From: Candidatus Heimdallarchaeota archaeon
Lineage (GTDB): Archaea; Asgardarchaeota; Heimdallarchaeia; Heimdallarchaeales; Heimdallarchaeaceae
Assembly: GCA_021399345.1 (NCBI GenBank)
Contig: JAAFKI010000022.1
Coordinates: 18,609 to 50,608 of the forward strand
DNA length: 32,000 nucleotides
Direction: 5' to 3'
The notes under the pieces are model-generated. The model was not told where the DNA came from, did no database searches, and saw only the letters and a list, made by a program, of their open reading frames with translations. Positions 8,920-18,700 of the stretch are shown here, in pieces. A program made the position numbers and the translations under genes. Position 1 is the stretch's first letter. Each line of letters starts with the position of its first letter.

Positions 8920-10326
8920 TTATAAACTTTCAATGATTTCTTTGATACTATTATCATTCGTTACTTCATAAGCTTTCGCTAAACCATTACTTATTTGTTC
9001 AATGACTAATTTCTTTATGTTTTCTTCTTGTACTTGTAATAATTTCTCAATTATTTTTTCAATCCAATCTTGTTTTACTTCTTCTTTAAAACCTATAATA
9101 TAGAAAACATCATTTATCACACCCAATTCTAACAGCATCTCAAGATTTCTAGATGAAACTTTTTCAATAATCCCTATAGCATGATGTATTGTATAACTCT
9201 TTGAAGTAAATCTCTTCTCCTCTTTTTCTTCCTCTCGTATAATTTCACAAAGTAATTTATATGCAAGTGCAATTGATTTTACTTCTTCTTCCTTTAATGT
9301 TCTTTCAATTATCCCTACAGTATCCGCTAGATTTGAAAATATTTCTCGTGTAAATTTAAAAATTGAATAGTTTTTCAATAATCTTCCATAGTGAATAATT
9401 CTGTCATTTATCATCTTAGCAAGTTTTACTGCTCTTTCTCCTTCATCTTTCTCCCAATAATAACTTTGAGCGAAAATCAGCTCATAAATACTGCTTATAT
9501 AGAGATGCTCTGTTTCTTTAGCTACTTTTTTTGTATCTGTTTCCCTCTTTCTATTCTGATTTAATTCCTCTGCTAAATTAAATAATGCTCCAGATCTTAA
9601 TGTTCTTACTCCTCCTCTATCTATCTGATAACTGAATATCATATCTTGAAATGTTGTGCTTATGATGATTTTCTTGTAGAAATATGTAATTGTTTCTCTA
9701 TCTTCTCCGAATTCCAGTAGTTGTTCATAAAATCTACTCTCTGTTTTTAATAACATTAATAATCCCTTATATTTTGATAGCTTATAGTATTGTTTCTTTA
9801 TCCAGAATAAAGCTAAAGTACTTAATACGATATTTGCAAATTTTTCACCTGTAATTATTCCTCCAAGAGTATTGAAGAAATTCATAGCTATTTTTTCTAG
9901 TTTTTTATCTGTCTCTATTTTGTTTTCTATTCCATAATATTCACCTAGTTCTTCTGGGCATTCATCCGAAAATAGCAGTTTTATTGTAGGATAATAATCA
10001 AGATTACTTACTATCTCATTTTCAAAATAATTAATTTCAATCCCATATATTTTCTTCTTTAATTCTTCAATGAATTTCTCTTTCTCTTCTTTTTCCTCTT
10101 TATTTATCTTACCAATTTCTATTTCCGGTGCATCTGTTTTCTCTATCTTCTTTCCGCAGGAATAACATTTCTCATCCTCTATTTCTACTAGTTCCTCACA
10201 TCCTGAACATAGATATTCATGTCTAATTATTACTATCCCACATTCCTTGCAAAACATGCTTTCATAATGGTTTATTTCTCTACAACTAATACATCTACAA
10301 ACTAGTTCAACTACTTCTTCACTCAT
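8920..10326 (-). CDS. Hypothetical protein with N-terminal double zinc ribbon and a long helical body
   Basis: The N-terminal 60 aa carry four CxxC pairs (CRCISC..., CKEC, CSGC, CYSC). The rest is Lys/Glu-rich and helical, with no recognisable catalytic motif. Confidence 0.55.
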   Translation of the reverse strand: MSEEVVELVCRCISCREINHYESMFCKECGIVIIRHEYLCSGCEELVEIEDEKCYSCGKKIEKTDAPEIEIGKINKEEKEEKEKFIEELKKKIYGIEINYFENEIVSNLDYYPTIKLLFSDECPEELGEYYGIENKIETDKKLEKIAMNFFNTLGGIITGEKFANIVLSTLALFWIKKQYYKLSKYKGLLMLLKTESRFYEQLLEFGEDRETITYFYKKIIISTTFQDMIFSYQIDRGGVRTLRSGALFNLAEELNQNRKRETDTKKVAKETEHLYISSIYELIFAQSYYWEKDEGERAVKLAKMINDRIIHYGRLLKNYSIFKFTREIFSNLADTVGIIERTLKEEEVKSIALAYKLLCEIIREEEKEEKRFTSKSYTIHHAIGIIEKVSSRNLEMLLELGVINDVFYIIGFKEEVKQDWIEKIIEKLLQVQEENIKKLVIEQISNGLAKAYEVTNDNSIKEIIESL

Positions 10327-10548
10327 TTTTCATTCATAACGTTCACAACAGTACATTTAAGCTTTCTGTGGCAAATATACCTTACCAATGTGAAAGTAAA
10401 GATTTCATCACTTTCAGAGTTCTTCTTCCACTTAGCAAAATAATTATCTGAAAATAATGCTTTTTTCTCGTAACTAGTTATTCTGCACTTGACTCACCAT
10501 TAAGATGTAGTGCTAGCTCCTATAGTTCTTAGGTAAATTTATTGCGTA

Positions 10549-11688
10549 ATGGAATGGTTTAAGAAGTTGTTTGAAACGCGGAAAATGATGAGCTCAAAAG
10601 CTGCATTTCAAAGCAAAGAACTTTCAGATAAACTAATTCTTAAAATTCGTGAATTAATGAAACAACTAAATAGAGAGATCCATATTCAACATGTATGCGG
10701 AACACATGAATATGCAATAATGAAACATGGTTTAAGGTCACTATTACCCGAAAATCTAGTTGTTTCAGCTGGCGTTGGTTGTCCCGTCTGTGTCTCTAGT
10801 GCTCAAGATGTTGATGAAGTTCTTTGGATTGCTGATAATCATAATGTCATTATTGCCACTTTTGGTGATATGATGCGTGTTCCTGGTTCTAAGGAGTCTC
10901 TCTATCAAGCTCAAGGAAGGGGTGTTGACGTTCGCATAGTTTATGGTGTATCTGATGCTATCAAACTTGCAGAACAAACTCCTGATAGAGATGTTCTTTT
11001 CTTTAGTGTTGGTTTTGAAACTACTTCTTGTGTTACAGCTGCTGAAGTTATTCGTACCACTCTTCCCAATTTCAGTATCTACTCTTCTCACAAGCTTGTG
11101 CCCCCAGCAATGGAACTCTTACTGCAAAGAGATGATTTGGAATTTCAAGGATTTTTAGCTCCGGGTCATGTTTCTACAATTATTGGCGCTAAGCCTTATG
11201 ATTTCATTCCTGAAAAATACAATTTTCCTGTAGCAGTTGCTGGTTTTGAACCAGTTGATATTCTTGTAGGTATTTATGCCCTGCTAAAACAATTCAATGA
11301 AAACACCTCAAGAGTTGATAATATGTACAAACGTTATGTTAGATACGAAGGTAATGTTGCAGCTCTGAAAGCATTGGAAGAAGCTTATGTTGTTTCTGAT
11401 GCAAGGTGGAGAGGTTTAGGTGTTTGGCCAGATACAGGTCATGAGATAGCTGATAAATATAGTCATATTGATGCTAAGAAGAAATATGAAATCCCTGAGC
11501 TTGAGGTTACAGATCTCCATGGTGGTTGTATTTGTGACGAGATATTAGTTGGTAAGTCTAAACCCCATCAATGTAAATTATTTAACAAAGCTTGTAGACC
11601 TGATCATCCAATCGGGGCATGTATGGTTAGTCATGAAGGCACATGTAATGTTGCAGCTACTTACGAAGAGATAATTTGGGAAGATTAG
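10549..11688 (+). CDS. hypD: [NiFe]-hydrogenase maturation factor HypD
   Basis: All HypD hallmark motifs are present: HVCGTHE, GCPVC, GFETT, PGHVS and the C-terminal Cys cluster (CICDEIL...CKLF...CRP...GACMVSHEGTC). Length is 379 aa. Confidence 0.9.
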   Translation: MEWFKKLFETRKMMSSKAAFQSKELSDKLILKIRELMKQLNREIHIQHVCGTHEYAIMKHGLRSLLPENLVVSAGVGCPVCVSSAQDVDEVLWIADNHNVIIATFGDMMRVPGSKESLYQAQGRGVDVRIVYGVSDAIKLAEQTPDRDVLFFSVGFETTSCVTAAEVIRTTLPNFSIYSSHKLVPPAMELLLQRDDLEFQGFLAPGHVSTIIGAKPYDFIPEKYNFPVAVAGFEPVDILVGIYALLKQFNENTSRVDNMYKRYVRYEGNVAALKALEEAYVVSDARWRGLGVWPDTGHEIADKYSHIDAKKKYEIPELEVTDLHGGCICDEILVGKSKPHQCKLFNKACRPDHPIGACMVSHEGTCNVAATYEEIIWED

Positions 11689-11740
11689 ATGTTAGATGAA
11701 AACAGTTAATTAATGAAGTAAAAATGATGATGTGAGACTT

Positions 11741-11962
11741 ATGTGTTTGGCAATTCCTGGATTGGTCTGTGAGATACTGAATGATAAGAGAGTAATGGTT
11801 GACATTACTGGTGTTAGACGCGAAGCTGATACTACTCTTCTTGAAGAATCTCTAGATATAGGTGATTATGTCTTAGTTCACACAGGCTTCATAATTCAGA
11901 AACTTGATCCAGAACAAGCTAAAGAAGATTTGAAACTCTGGGATGAGATACTCAGTAGTTGA
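11741..11962 (+). CDS. hypC: [NiFe]-hydrogenase maturation factor HypC
   Basis: MCLAIPGLV N-terminus carries the essential Cys2, followed by the OB-fold-like GDYVLVHTGFIIQKLD. ATG at 11741 is preferred over the GTG at 11732 so that Cys is residue 2. Confidence 0.9.
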   Translation: MCLAIPGLVCEILNDKRVMVDITGVRREADTTLLEESLDIGDYVLVHTGFIIQKLDPEQAKEDLKLWDEILSS

Positions 11963-12030
11963 TTTTTCTAAGCATCCTCAAAGGAATAACGAATAAGTTA
12001 AATAGATTATTGCGGTTATTTTTTATTAGT

Positions 12031-12714
12031 ATGCTGCTCAGAGAAAATGATGCTAATGCACTAATTTTGAGAAATTTCATAGACTTTTCCAATAAGACAA
12101 ATCAGTTCTTTTTAACAAATCTAATGCGAACTAGCCCTGACATTTTTGATGACCACGAATGCATGGGAGAAGCTAAAAGTAAAGTTAATGTTGTAGAAGG
12201 GTTAAAGCTAGTTAAGAGAAGATATAAAATCAACAATATTGATATTGCATATATTATCATTTTAGCTGCAAGAGGATATAAGTTTAGAAATATTACTGAA
12301 AGAGTTTTTCTCTGTGAAGAAAAAGCCATATTTCCATCTATTGAACACTTTCCACCAATAAAACCCAAGATGGCACATGACTTTGAGATTAAGACTGCAG
12401 TACTAAAAGGAATAATTGATGTTCTTGAAAATGAGAGTGATGACATAGCTGAAAACATAATTGAGTCGGTTCCAGAAATGTTAGAAAAATCCTATGGAGT
12501 TCGATATACAGGAAGATTTCTTTCTATCAATGAATGGATTGATCTCAAAGAAAAAGAAGGAAAATGGGTTTCAGAGGATAGTTTCAGAGTGGGAAATCAA
12601 AGTTTAACACCAATGGTGTTTGGAAGTCTTCTAGTTTTACAAGCTAGAGGATGGCATTTGCAAGAAATTCCCGAAAAATTCAAAGGAAACGATTATCTCC
12701 TTATCAAAGCTTAA
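12031..12714 (+). CDS. Hypothetical protein sitting between hypC and the hydrogenase structural genes
   Basis: Long open frame co-directional with the hyp/hydrogenase genes, with no motif I recognise. The start is uncertain: TTG at 11959 in the ORF track, first ATG at 12031. Confidence 0.45.
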   Translation: MLLRENDANALILRNFIDFSNKTNQFFLTNLMRTSPDIFDDHECMGEAKSKVNVVEGLKLVKRRYKINNIDIAYIIILAARGYKFRNITERVFLCEEKAIFPSIEHFPPIKPKMAHDFEIKTAVLKGIIDVLENESDDIAENIIESVPEMLEKSYGVRYTGRFLSINEWIDLKEKEGKWVSEDSFRVGNQSLTPMVFGSLLVLQARGWHLQEIPEKFKGNDYLLIKA

Positions 12715-12829
12715 TCATTTATTGAAGCTTAATTATTGAAGCACTTACTTATAATATTCGCACCTATGCAACACAACCTTTTTTTATGACTGATTCTTGA
12801 TTAACTAAAATGCGATGTGAGGATTTCTT

Positions 12830-13354
12830 ATGAGTGATGTACTCAAAGAACTAGAAGGAATTTTAAATGTAGCTTTACCTGGAAACCTTGTTGAAGAAGT
12901 GATAAAAGTTGAAGAAGGTCATTTTGATGTTATGAGTAATGTGACAAATGCCTTTGAGCTTATGAAAATACTGCGTGAAGATGCAGGTATATATCACCTA
13001 TCAACAATATCAGGTGTTGAGAAAGATGATGAATTTAATGTTTGTTATCATATTCAACACAGAATAGAAGATGAATTTAGGGAAGTACCGATAAATCTCA
13101 TTATAACTAAAATCGACAAAAACAAACCAAAAACTCCAAGTATGATAGAATTTTTTGTTGCTGCCGATTATTATGAAAGAGAAATTTATGATTTTTATGG
13201 TATTTACTTTGAAAACCACCCATTCCTGCAAAGGTTAATCTTACCTGAAAGATGGCCAGATGATGTAAAACCAATGCGAAAAGAGTATGGTTGGGAACAA
13301 ATCAAGGAAATTACGATGAAAATTACAAAAGAAGGTTTGGAGGAGGCAAAATAA
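12830..13354 (+). CDS. NuoC/30-kDa-subunit-like hydrogenase subunit (equivalent to the HycE N-terminal domain/MbhK)
   Basis: Contains ADYYEREIYDFYGIYFENHPFLQRLILPERWPD, the conserved NuoC-family core. Its stop overlaps the ATG of the large subunit (TAATG). Confidence 0.85.
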   Translation: MSDVLKELEGILNVALPGNLVEEVIKVEEGHFDVMSNVTNAFELMKILREDAGIYHLSTISGVEKDDEFNVCYHIQHRIEDEFREVPINLIITKIDKNKPKTPSMIEFFVAADYYEREIYDFYGIYFENHPFLQRLILPERWPDDVKPMRKEYGWEQIKEITMKITKEGLEEAK

Positions 13355-14610
13355 TGACAGAACAATACCGATCCAGATTTAGAACCTTAACTGATGGTAG
13401 CGATGCACCACCTGGCGCCGACCATCACATATTTATCGGACCACAACACCCCTGGGCAGAAGAACCAGCTCACTTTATTATCCATTTGAAAGGAGAAAGA
13501 GTGGTTGAAGCTGATATCAGAATAGGTTTCAATCTCAGAGGGATTGAAAAAGCAATGGAAAATAAAACATGGAGACAAAACACCATGTTAATTCCTAGAG
13601 CTTGTGGTATCTGCAGTGCCGTCCATCAAAATGTTTACGTTCGATTAGCTGAAAAGCTTGCAGGTATTGAAGATCAAATATCTGAAAGAGCAAAATTAAT
13701 CCGTATGTTCAGCTTAGAAGCAGAACGTATTCATTCACACATACTTTGGTATGGAATACTTGCTCATGATGCAGGATTCGATACAATGTTACACGTTACA
13801 TGGAGAGACCGTGAAATTATCTTGGACATTGTAGAAGATTTTAGTGGAAATAGAGTCAATCCAGCTTTGATGCTTATTGGTGGTGTAAAAAGAGACATTC
13901 CAAAGGAAAAAGCAGATAGAGCACAACCTATGTTGGACAAACTAATAAAGCAAGTTGAGTACCATAAGAAAGTATTCACAGAGGAAGCTTCAATTAGAAA
14001 TCGTTTAGAAGATGTAGGTATCTTAATTAAAGAGGATGCAAAGAAAGTAACCCCCAATGGACCTACTGGAAGAGGTTCAGGATTGCCTTTTGATGTAAGA
14101 AAAGCAACTCCATATGAATTATACGATAAAATTGATTGGAATTTGGTTTATTATACTGAAGGAGACATTTTAGCAACTACTTTGGTTAGGCTTGATGAAA
14201 CTTTAGAATCTCTACAAATGTGTAAACAGATTTTGTATCAACTTGAATCTACTCAAGGCGAATTATTAGCAAGAGTTAAACAAAAAATCCCAGAAGGAAG
14301 CTATTTTGCAAGAGGTGAAGCACCAAGAGGTGAGGATGTTCATTATGGTATAGCTAATGGTACAGATACACCAGAAAGATACAAAATAAGAGCACCATCG
14401 CTAGGCAATATTGACGCTACCCTTAAGAGGATGGATGGAGAATATGTGGCTGATATGCCAGTAATTCTTAGAAGCTACGATCCATGTTTCTCCTGTACAA
14501 ACAGAGTTATGATAATTAACGAAGTAACAGGAGAAAAAATGATACTGAATCAAGACGAATTTGCTAGAAAAGTCATAAAGGCCAAGAAATATAATAGGCC
14601 ATTTTTCTGA
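13354..14610 (+). CDS. Group-4 [NiFe]-hydrogenase large (catalytic) subunit, NuoD-like
   Basis: N-terminal Ni-binding motif RACGICSAVH and C-terminal motif DPCFSCTNR, followed by a ~34-aa extension, the expected substrate for HycI-type cleavage after the Arg. GGAGG lies upstream of the ATG at 13354; the TTG at 13291 in the track sits inside the preceding gene. Confidence 0.9.
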   Translation: MTEQYRSRFRTLTDGSDAPPGADHHIFIGPQHPWAEEPAHFIIHLKGERVVEADIRIGFNLRGIEKAMENKTWRQNTMLIPRACGICSAVHQNVYVRLAEKLAGIEDQISERAKLIRMFSLEAERIHSHILWYGILAHDAGFDTMLHVTWRDREIILDIVEDFSGNRVNPALMLIGGVKRDIPKEKADRAQPMLDKLIKQVEYHKKVFTEEASIRNRLEDVGILIKEDAKKVTPNGPTGRGSGLPFDVRKATPYELYDKIDWNLVYYTEGDILATTLVRLDETLESLQMCKQILYQLESTQGELLARVKQKIPEGSYFARGEAPRGEDVHYGIANGTDTPERYKIRAPSLGNIDATLKRMDGEYVADMPVILRSYDPCFSCTNRVMIINEVTGEKMILNQDEFARKVIKAKKYNRPFF

Positions 14611-14622
14611 GGTGAAAAGAAG

Positions 14623-15090
14623 ATGAAAAAAATATTAGTAATGGGCAGAGAAGCCCTAAAAAACCACGCAAAAGGACCTGTGACAAAACATGTTCTAAAG
14701 AGGATTGCGGAAAATCCACCACCAGAAGATATCAGAACAATTCCAAGAATTATCGAGGATAGATGTATAATGTGTGGAACATGTGTGAAAGTTTGTCCAA
14801 CACATTGTATAGAAATTGAGAAAGATAACAAAGATAATGGAATGATATGGCTATTAAAACCACAATGCATGTGGTGTGGGCATTGCCAAACCTATTGTCC
14901 CGTCGACGCAATTCATATTGATCGAGATCCTAACTTATCTGTTTCACTATTCTCATTCAACATTCATCAAGACTATGAAATGCTTGTTGCCAAAGGTAGT
15001 TACAAAGGTGATGTAGCTGATAAGAAACTAAGTGATCTTATCGAAGCAGGTGGCAAGAAGATCAAAGAAGTAGAGGAATTCCGAGGTTGA
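14623..15090 (+). CDS. 2x[4Fe-4S] ferredoxin-like subunit (NuoI/HycF-like)
   Basis: Two CxxCxxCxxxCP motifs: CIMCGTCVKVCP and CMWCGHCQTYCP. Confidence 0.85.
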   Translation: MKKILVMGREALKNHAKGPVTKHVLKRIAENPPPEDIRTIPRIIEDRCIMCGTCVKVCPTHCIEIEKDNKDNGMIWLLKPQCMWCGHCQTYCPVDAIHIDRDPNLSVSLFSFNIHQDYEMLVAKGSYKGDVADKKLSDLIEAGGKKIKEVEEFRG

Positions 15091-15095
15091 TTAAA

Positions 15096-15563
15096 ATGGG
15101 TTGGTTAAAAAAATTTGGTGTTAATTGCGCTGTAAGATCTCCATGGATTATCCACATGAATGCAGGTGGATGCAATGGATGTGATATTGAAATTGTTGAT
15201 GCTTTAACTCCGCGTCATGACCTAGAACAATATGGTATCACCCTTCGTGGTACTCCACGTCAAGCTGATGTTCTTGTTATTACAGGACCCGTTACAGCTC
15301 AAGTTGCTGAGAGAGTTAAACGTGTCTATGAACAGATGCCCTTACCTAAATTTGTAGTTGCTGTAGGAAACTGCTGTACTACAGGTGGTGTATTCCAAGA
15401 ATGTCCATTTATTTTAGGTGGAATCGATCATATTCTTCCTATAGACGCTTGGGTTTATGGTTGTCCTCCAAGACCCGAGAATATTGTTGCAGCTATTGCT
15501 ACCTTACTAGGTAAGTTAAAAGAAGATCTTATTGGTGTCGAGAAAAAAGAAGTTCCTGCATAG
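15096..15563 (+). CDS. [NiFe]-hydrogenase small subunit, NuoB/HycG-like
   Basis: Motifs GGCNGCDIE, GNCCTTGG and GCPPRPE supply the ligands of the proximal [4Fe-4S] cluster. ATG at 15096 is preceded by GAGG; the TTG at 15087 in the track is less likely. Confidence 0.9.
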   Translation: MGWLKKFGVNCAVRSPWIIHMNAGGCNGCDIEIVDALTPRHDLEQYGITLRGTPRQADVLVITGPVTAQVAERVKRVYEQMPLPKFVVAVGNCCTTGGVFQECPFILGGIDHILPIDAWVYGCPPRPENIVAAIATLLGKLKEDLIGVEKKEVPA

Positions 15564-15731
15564 GAATAATCTTCCTTTCTTTTTATTTTTATTTTGTTTC
15601 TATTTACCCCTAATCTTATTTTCTAATTCCTTTGTATCATAAGAAGGTTCAGTCTTCATTGTTTTTCAGATTAAATTGATATCAAATAAACTATTTTGAT
15701 TTATGTATAGTCAATGATTTTTGTTTCTTGC

Positions 15732-18700
15732 TTACTTTTTTTTACCAAATATCATTTGTTTCTTAATTAAGATTACAACTAATGCCCCTACTAGAGTAGT
15801 CCCTACTAGAGCAATTGAGAAGTACTTTATGAAATGTAAAGAGAATGATAAAACCTCTATAGTAAGAGTGTTCCTATTTGTATTCCCAAAAGCGTCAAAG
15901 AGTATTAAAGCAACAGACATTATTCCAGTTGAATTTACTGGAACTGAGCAAACTATCATACTTCCATTCCATTCTCCGAATGTGTAGAGTTCATTATTAA
16001 TAGTTATAGAATAATTCAAAGGATTACTATCAAAAACATCCCAAAGTGTGATAACCTCTTTCACTGTACTCCATATTTGCAAATCATGCTGAGCGAGTAT
16101 AATAGGGGAAACATCATCCCATGTTGGTTTATTGTAGTATAAAGCCTCAATTGCATCTAGTTGAGTGTATTCATTTCCCGCATATTGAATCCTTATATAT
16201 CGTGCTTGATCCATTGAAACAGAAGCAAGGTTAAAACTTAGATTACCATTTCCTTCTCCTAAATAAATAAAGGGTGCATCTATATCGTTACTGAGCCAAA
16301 CGAAGTAGTCTCCTCCCTTTGCATGAATAATAAAATCATCACCATTTCGATTGAGAATTTCTTCTTGAAAACCCATATCTAATGTTACATAACCATTTGT
16401 ATAACCTTGTACAATCGAAGTAAAATGACCATCTGGTGCACCAAGAGCATTTTCACCGTTTAAATACATTGCTGACCTCTGAACTATCAGAAAATCAGCA
16501 TGAGCATCAGCCAAATTCATCCATATCATAACCCAAACTAGTGAAGTAGTAACTCCTGAATTTGCATCTATAACCTCTAAAGTAACATTATGCTTTCCTG
16601 GACCCCACACTTTTGGATCCCAATTACTAATCACGAATTCCAGCAAATTGCCTTGTTTATCACCTTGTAATATTAACTGATCATTATTCCATAAAAACCA
16701 AGAACATTCCCCATGAATTATCCAAGACAAAGTAATATTACCAATACCATATTGAAAATCGGTTTTCTGATTAACAAAATAAACTACTGGTGGGGAAGGA
16801 GATATGATTAATAGATGCACTTCAGATGAAGCAGTAAAACCTGCATTATCATATGTTTTCAAAGTTATATTATAGAAAGCTTCATCATAATTAGGTATCA
16901 ACCAATTTATCTCAATATTCTTCGCTTCCCACTCATTAGATTTATATAAGCTTCCGTTTACATATATTTCCCACTGTTTTGGTGTATTATCAAAAATATT
17001 CCATTGAATGAATGCAACATCACCCCATTCTATCATTATATTTGTTAAAGTGGTGATTATTTGAGGTGGTTCTAGAAGATAAACAGCTGCAAAAAAAGTT
17101 TCATTGTAAATTAAATTTGTATTATTGAAAAGATGCAATTCTACAAGATGTTCTCCCAGTCCTAGGGAATTTAAATCTAGAGCTATATCACTAGAAATCC
17201 AGGATGTTGAGTTAAATAGAACCCCACCTATTGTTAGATTTAGATGTAAAGAAGTTTCGGCTTCTCCATTCCATATTAGAAAAGATTCTGCTTGTCCAAA
17301 CTCGATATTTTGTGATCCATTCCGTCTAATATAGAATGGTTTGACATCAATTATAACTGTGCTTTTTGCAGAATGATTAGAATCATTTTCAATAATAAGT
17401 GTAAGGTTGTAGACCCCTGAGCTAAGAATTCCTAAATTCGCTTCTAAGGAGGTTTTTCTCCAAAATGACGAGAAAAACTGAGTAGCTTCTTTGAACAATG
17501 TACCATTTAGATACAAGCGATAGTGGCATAGTTCTTCAGTTCTACTTCGGAAGTTTGACCATATATCCCATTGAATTTCAGTTTCTTCAATGGAGTTACT
17601 CTCGATATTTCCAACATCTTCAATAAGAGGTGTAAAGGAAAATCTTTCTACTCTGTAGATACTATAATAATAAAAATCACTGTCATAAAATCCTAGTTGC
17701 CAAACAACCTCTCCAGCACTGTTTACTTCAAGAATTTCAGCATTGTGACTGCTTGCAGAATGATGCATCTCTCCAAAAGTTCCTAAACGATTACCATTTG
17801 GTAATCTATCAGCATCGCCCCAAATGCTTGAGTAAAATTCTTCTGGAGCTGAATAAGACCAGCTCTCATTAGCTGTCTTTTTCTCTTCATTAATTGTTAT
17901 TTCCACAATTCGTGAAATTGGAATGTCTGGATTTGTTTGATTGTGAAAATCATTATCAAATAAAATTATAGTTTCTTCATCAACCCATTCAGAAGCATGT
18001 GAATGATAAAACAAAGATGTTTTTAATTGACCATGTCTATCATATAAATCAAAATCACCATATTCCCCAAGCGCCCAAATAACTTCAGAACTAGTATGGT
18101 TTATTTTATAGATAGTGTTTAAATTCCTACAAGATAATAGAAGGGTGTCATCTTTGGGATTATAGTTAATAGAATTACAGTGAGTAACAGAACGAGCATT
18201 CCAATTGATATCCTGGAAAGGACACCATTGAGTGTGTGAAACAAATGATTGGGTAGAAACTGACCATACAATGTTACCTTCTAGATCATATTCTACAATT
18301 TCATCAAAAAGATATTCGAATCCGTCAATTTCACTAACAACATGTTTCAGTGTGAAAAAGGTGTTGGAATTACTATTATACTCATAATCGTGATGACCAT
18401 TGAAACTCAATGATTGGGTTGTATTTCTAAAAAAATTCCACAGAAAAGGTGTGTGTATTCCGCCGATAACAGCTGTAGTTGAGTTGATGAATTTAGCAAC
18501 GGAGTAAACCAATGCTGAAGCGGATCCCAGAAACATTTTTGAGATTATATTGCCTTCCATATCTATAACAACTAGATGTATTTCTTGAACATGAGTAACC
18601 CTATTGGTTTTATCAAGAACCATTAAATTATAACTATCATAATAATCTCCAGAAGATGAAACATTAAATTCACTTTCATCTAAAGAACCTATGGGTGGTA

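Noticed and set aside
10765-11158. ORFs 10765..11091 (minus) and 10943..11158 (plus) inside hypD
   Set aside because: They overlap a gene whose motifs are all intact in its own frame, so they are shadow ORFs.
12102-14870. Minus-strand ORFs 12102..12458, 13010..13231, 13387..13578, 13764..14057 and 14550..14870
   Set aside because: All are antisense to the co-directional hydrogenase operon genes, and none has a recognisable feature.
15721-15987. Plus-strand 88-aa ORF
   Set aside because: It is antisense to the 3' end (the TM-anchor region) of the 1060-aa surface protein gene.
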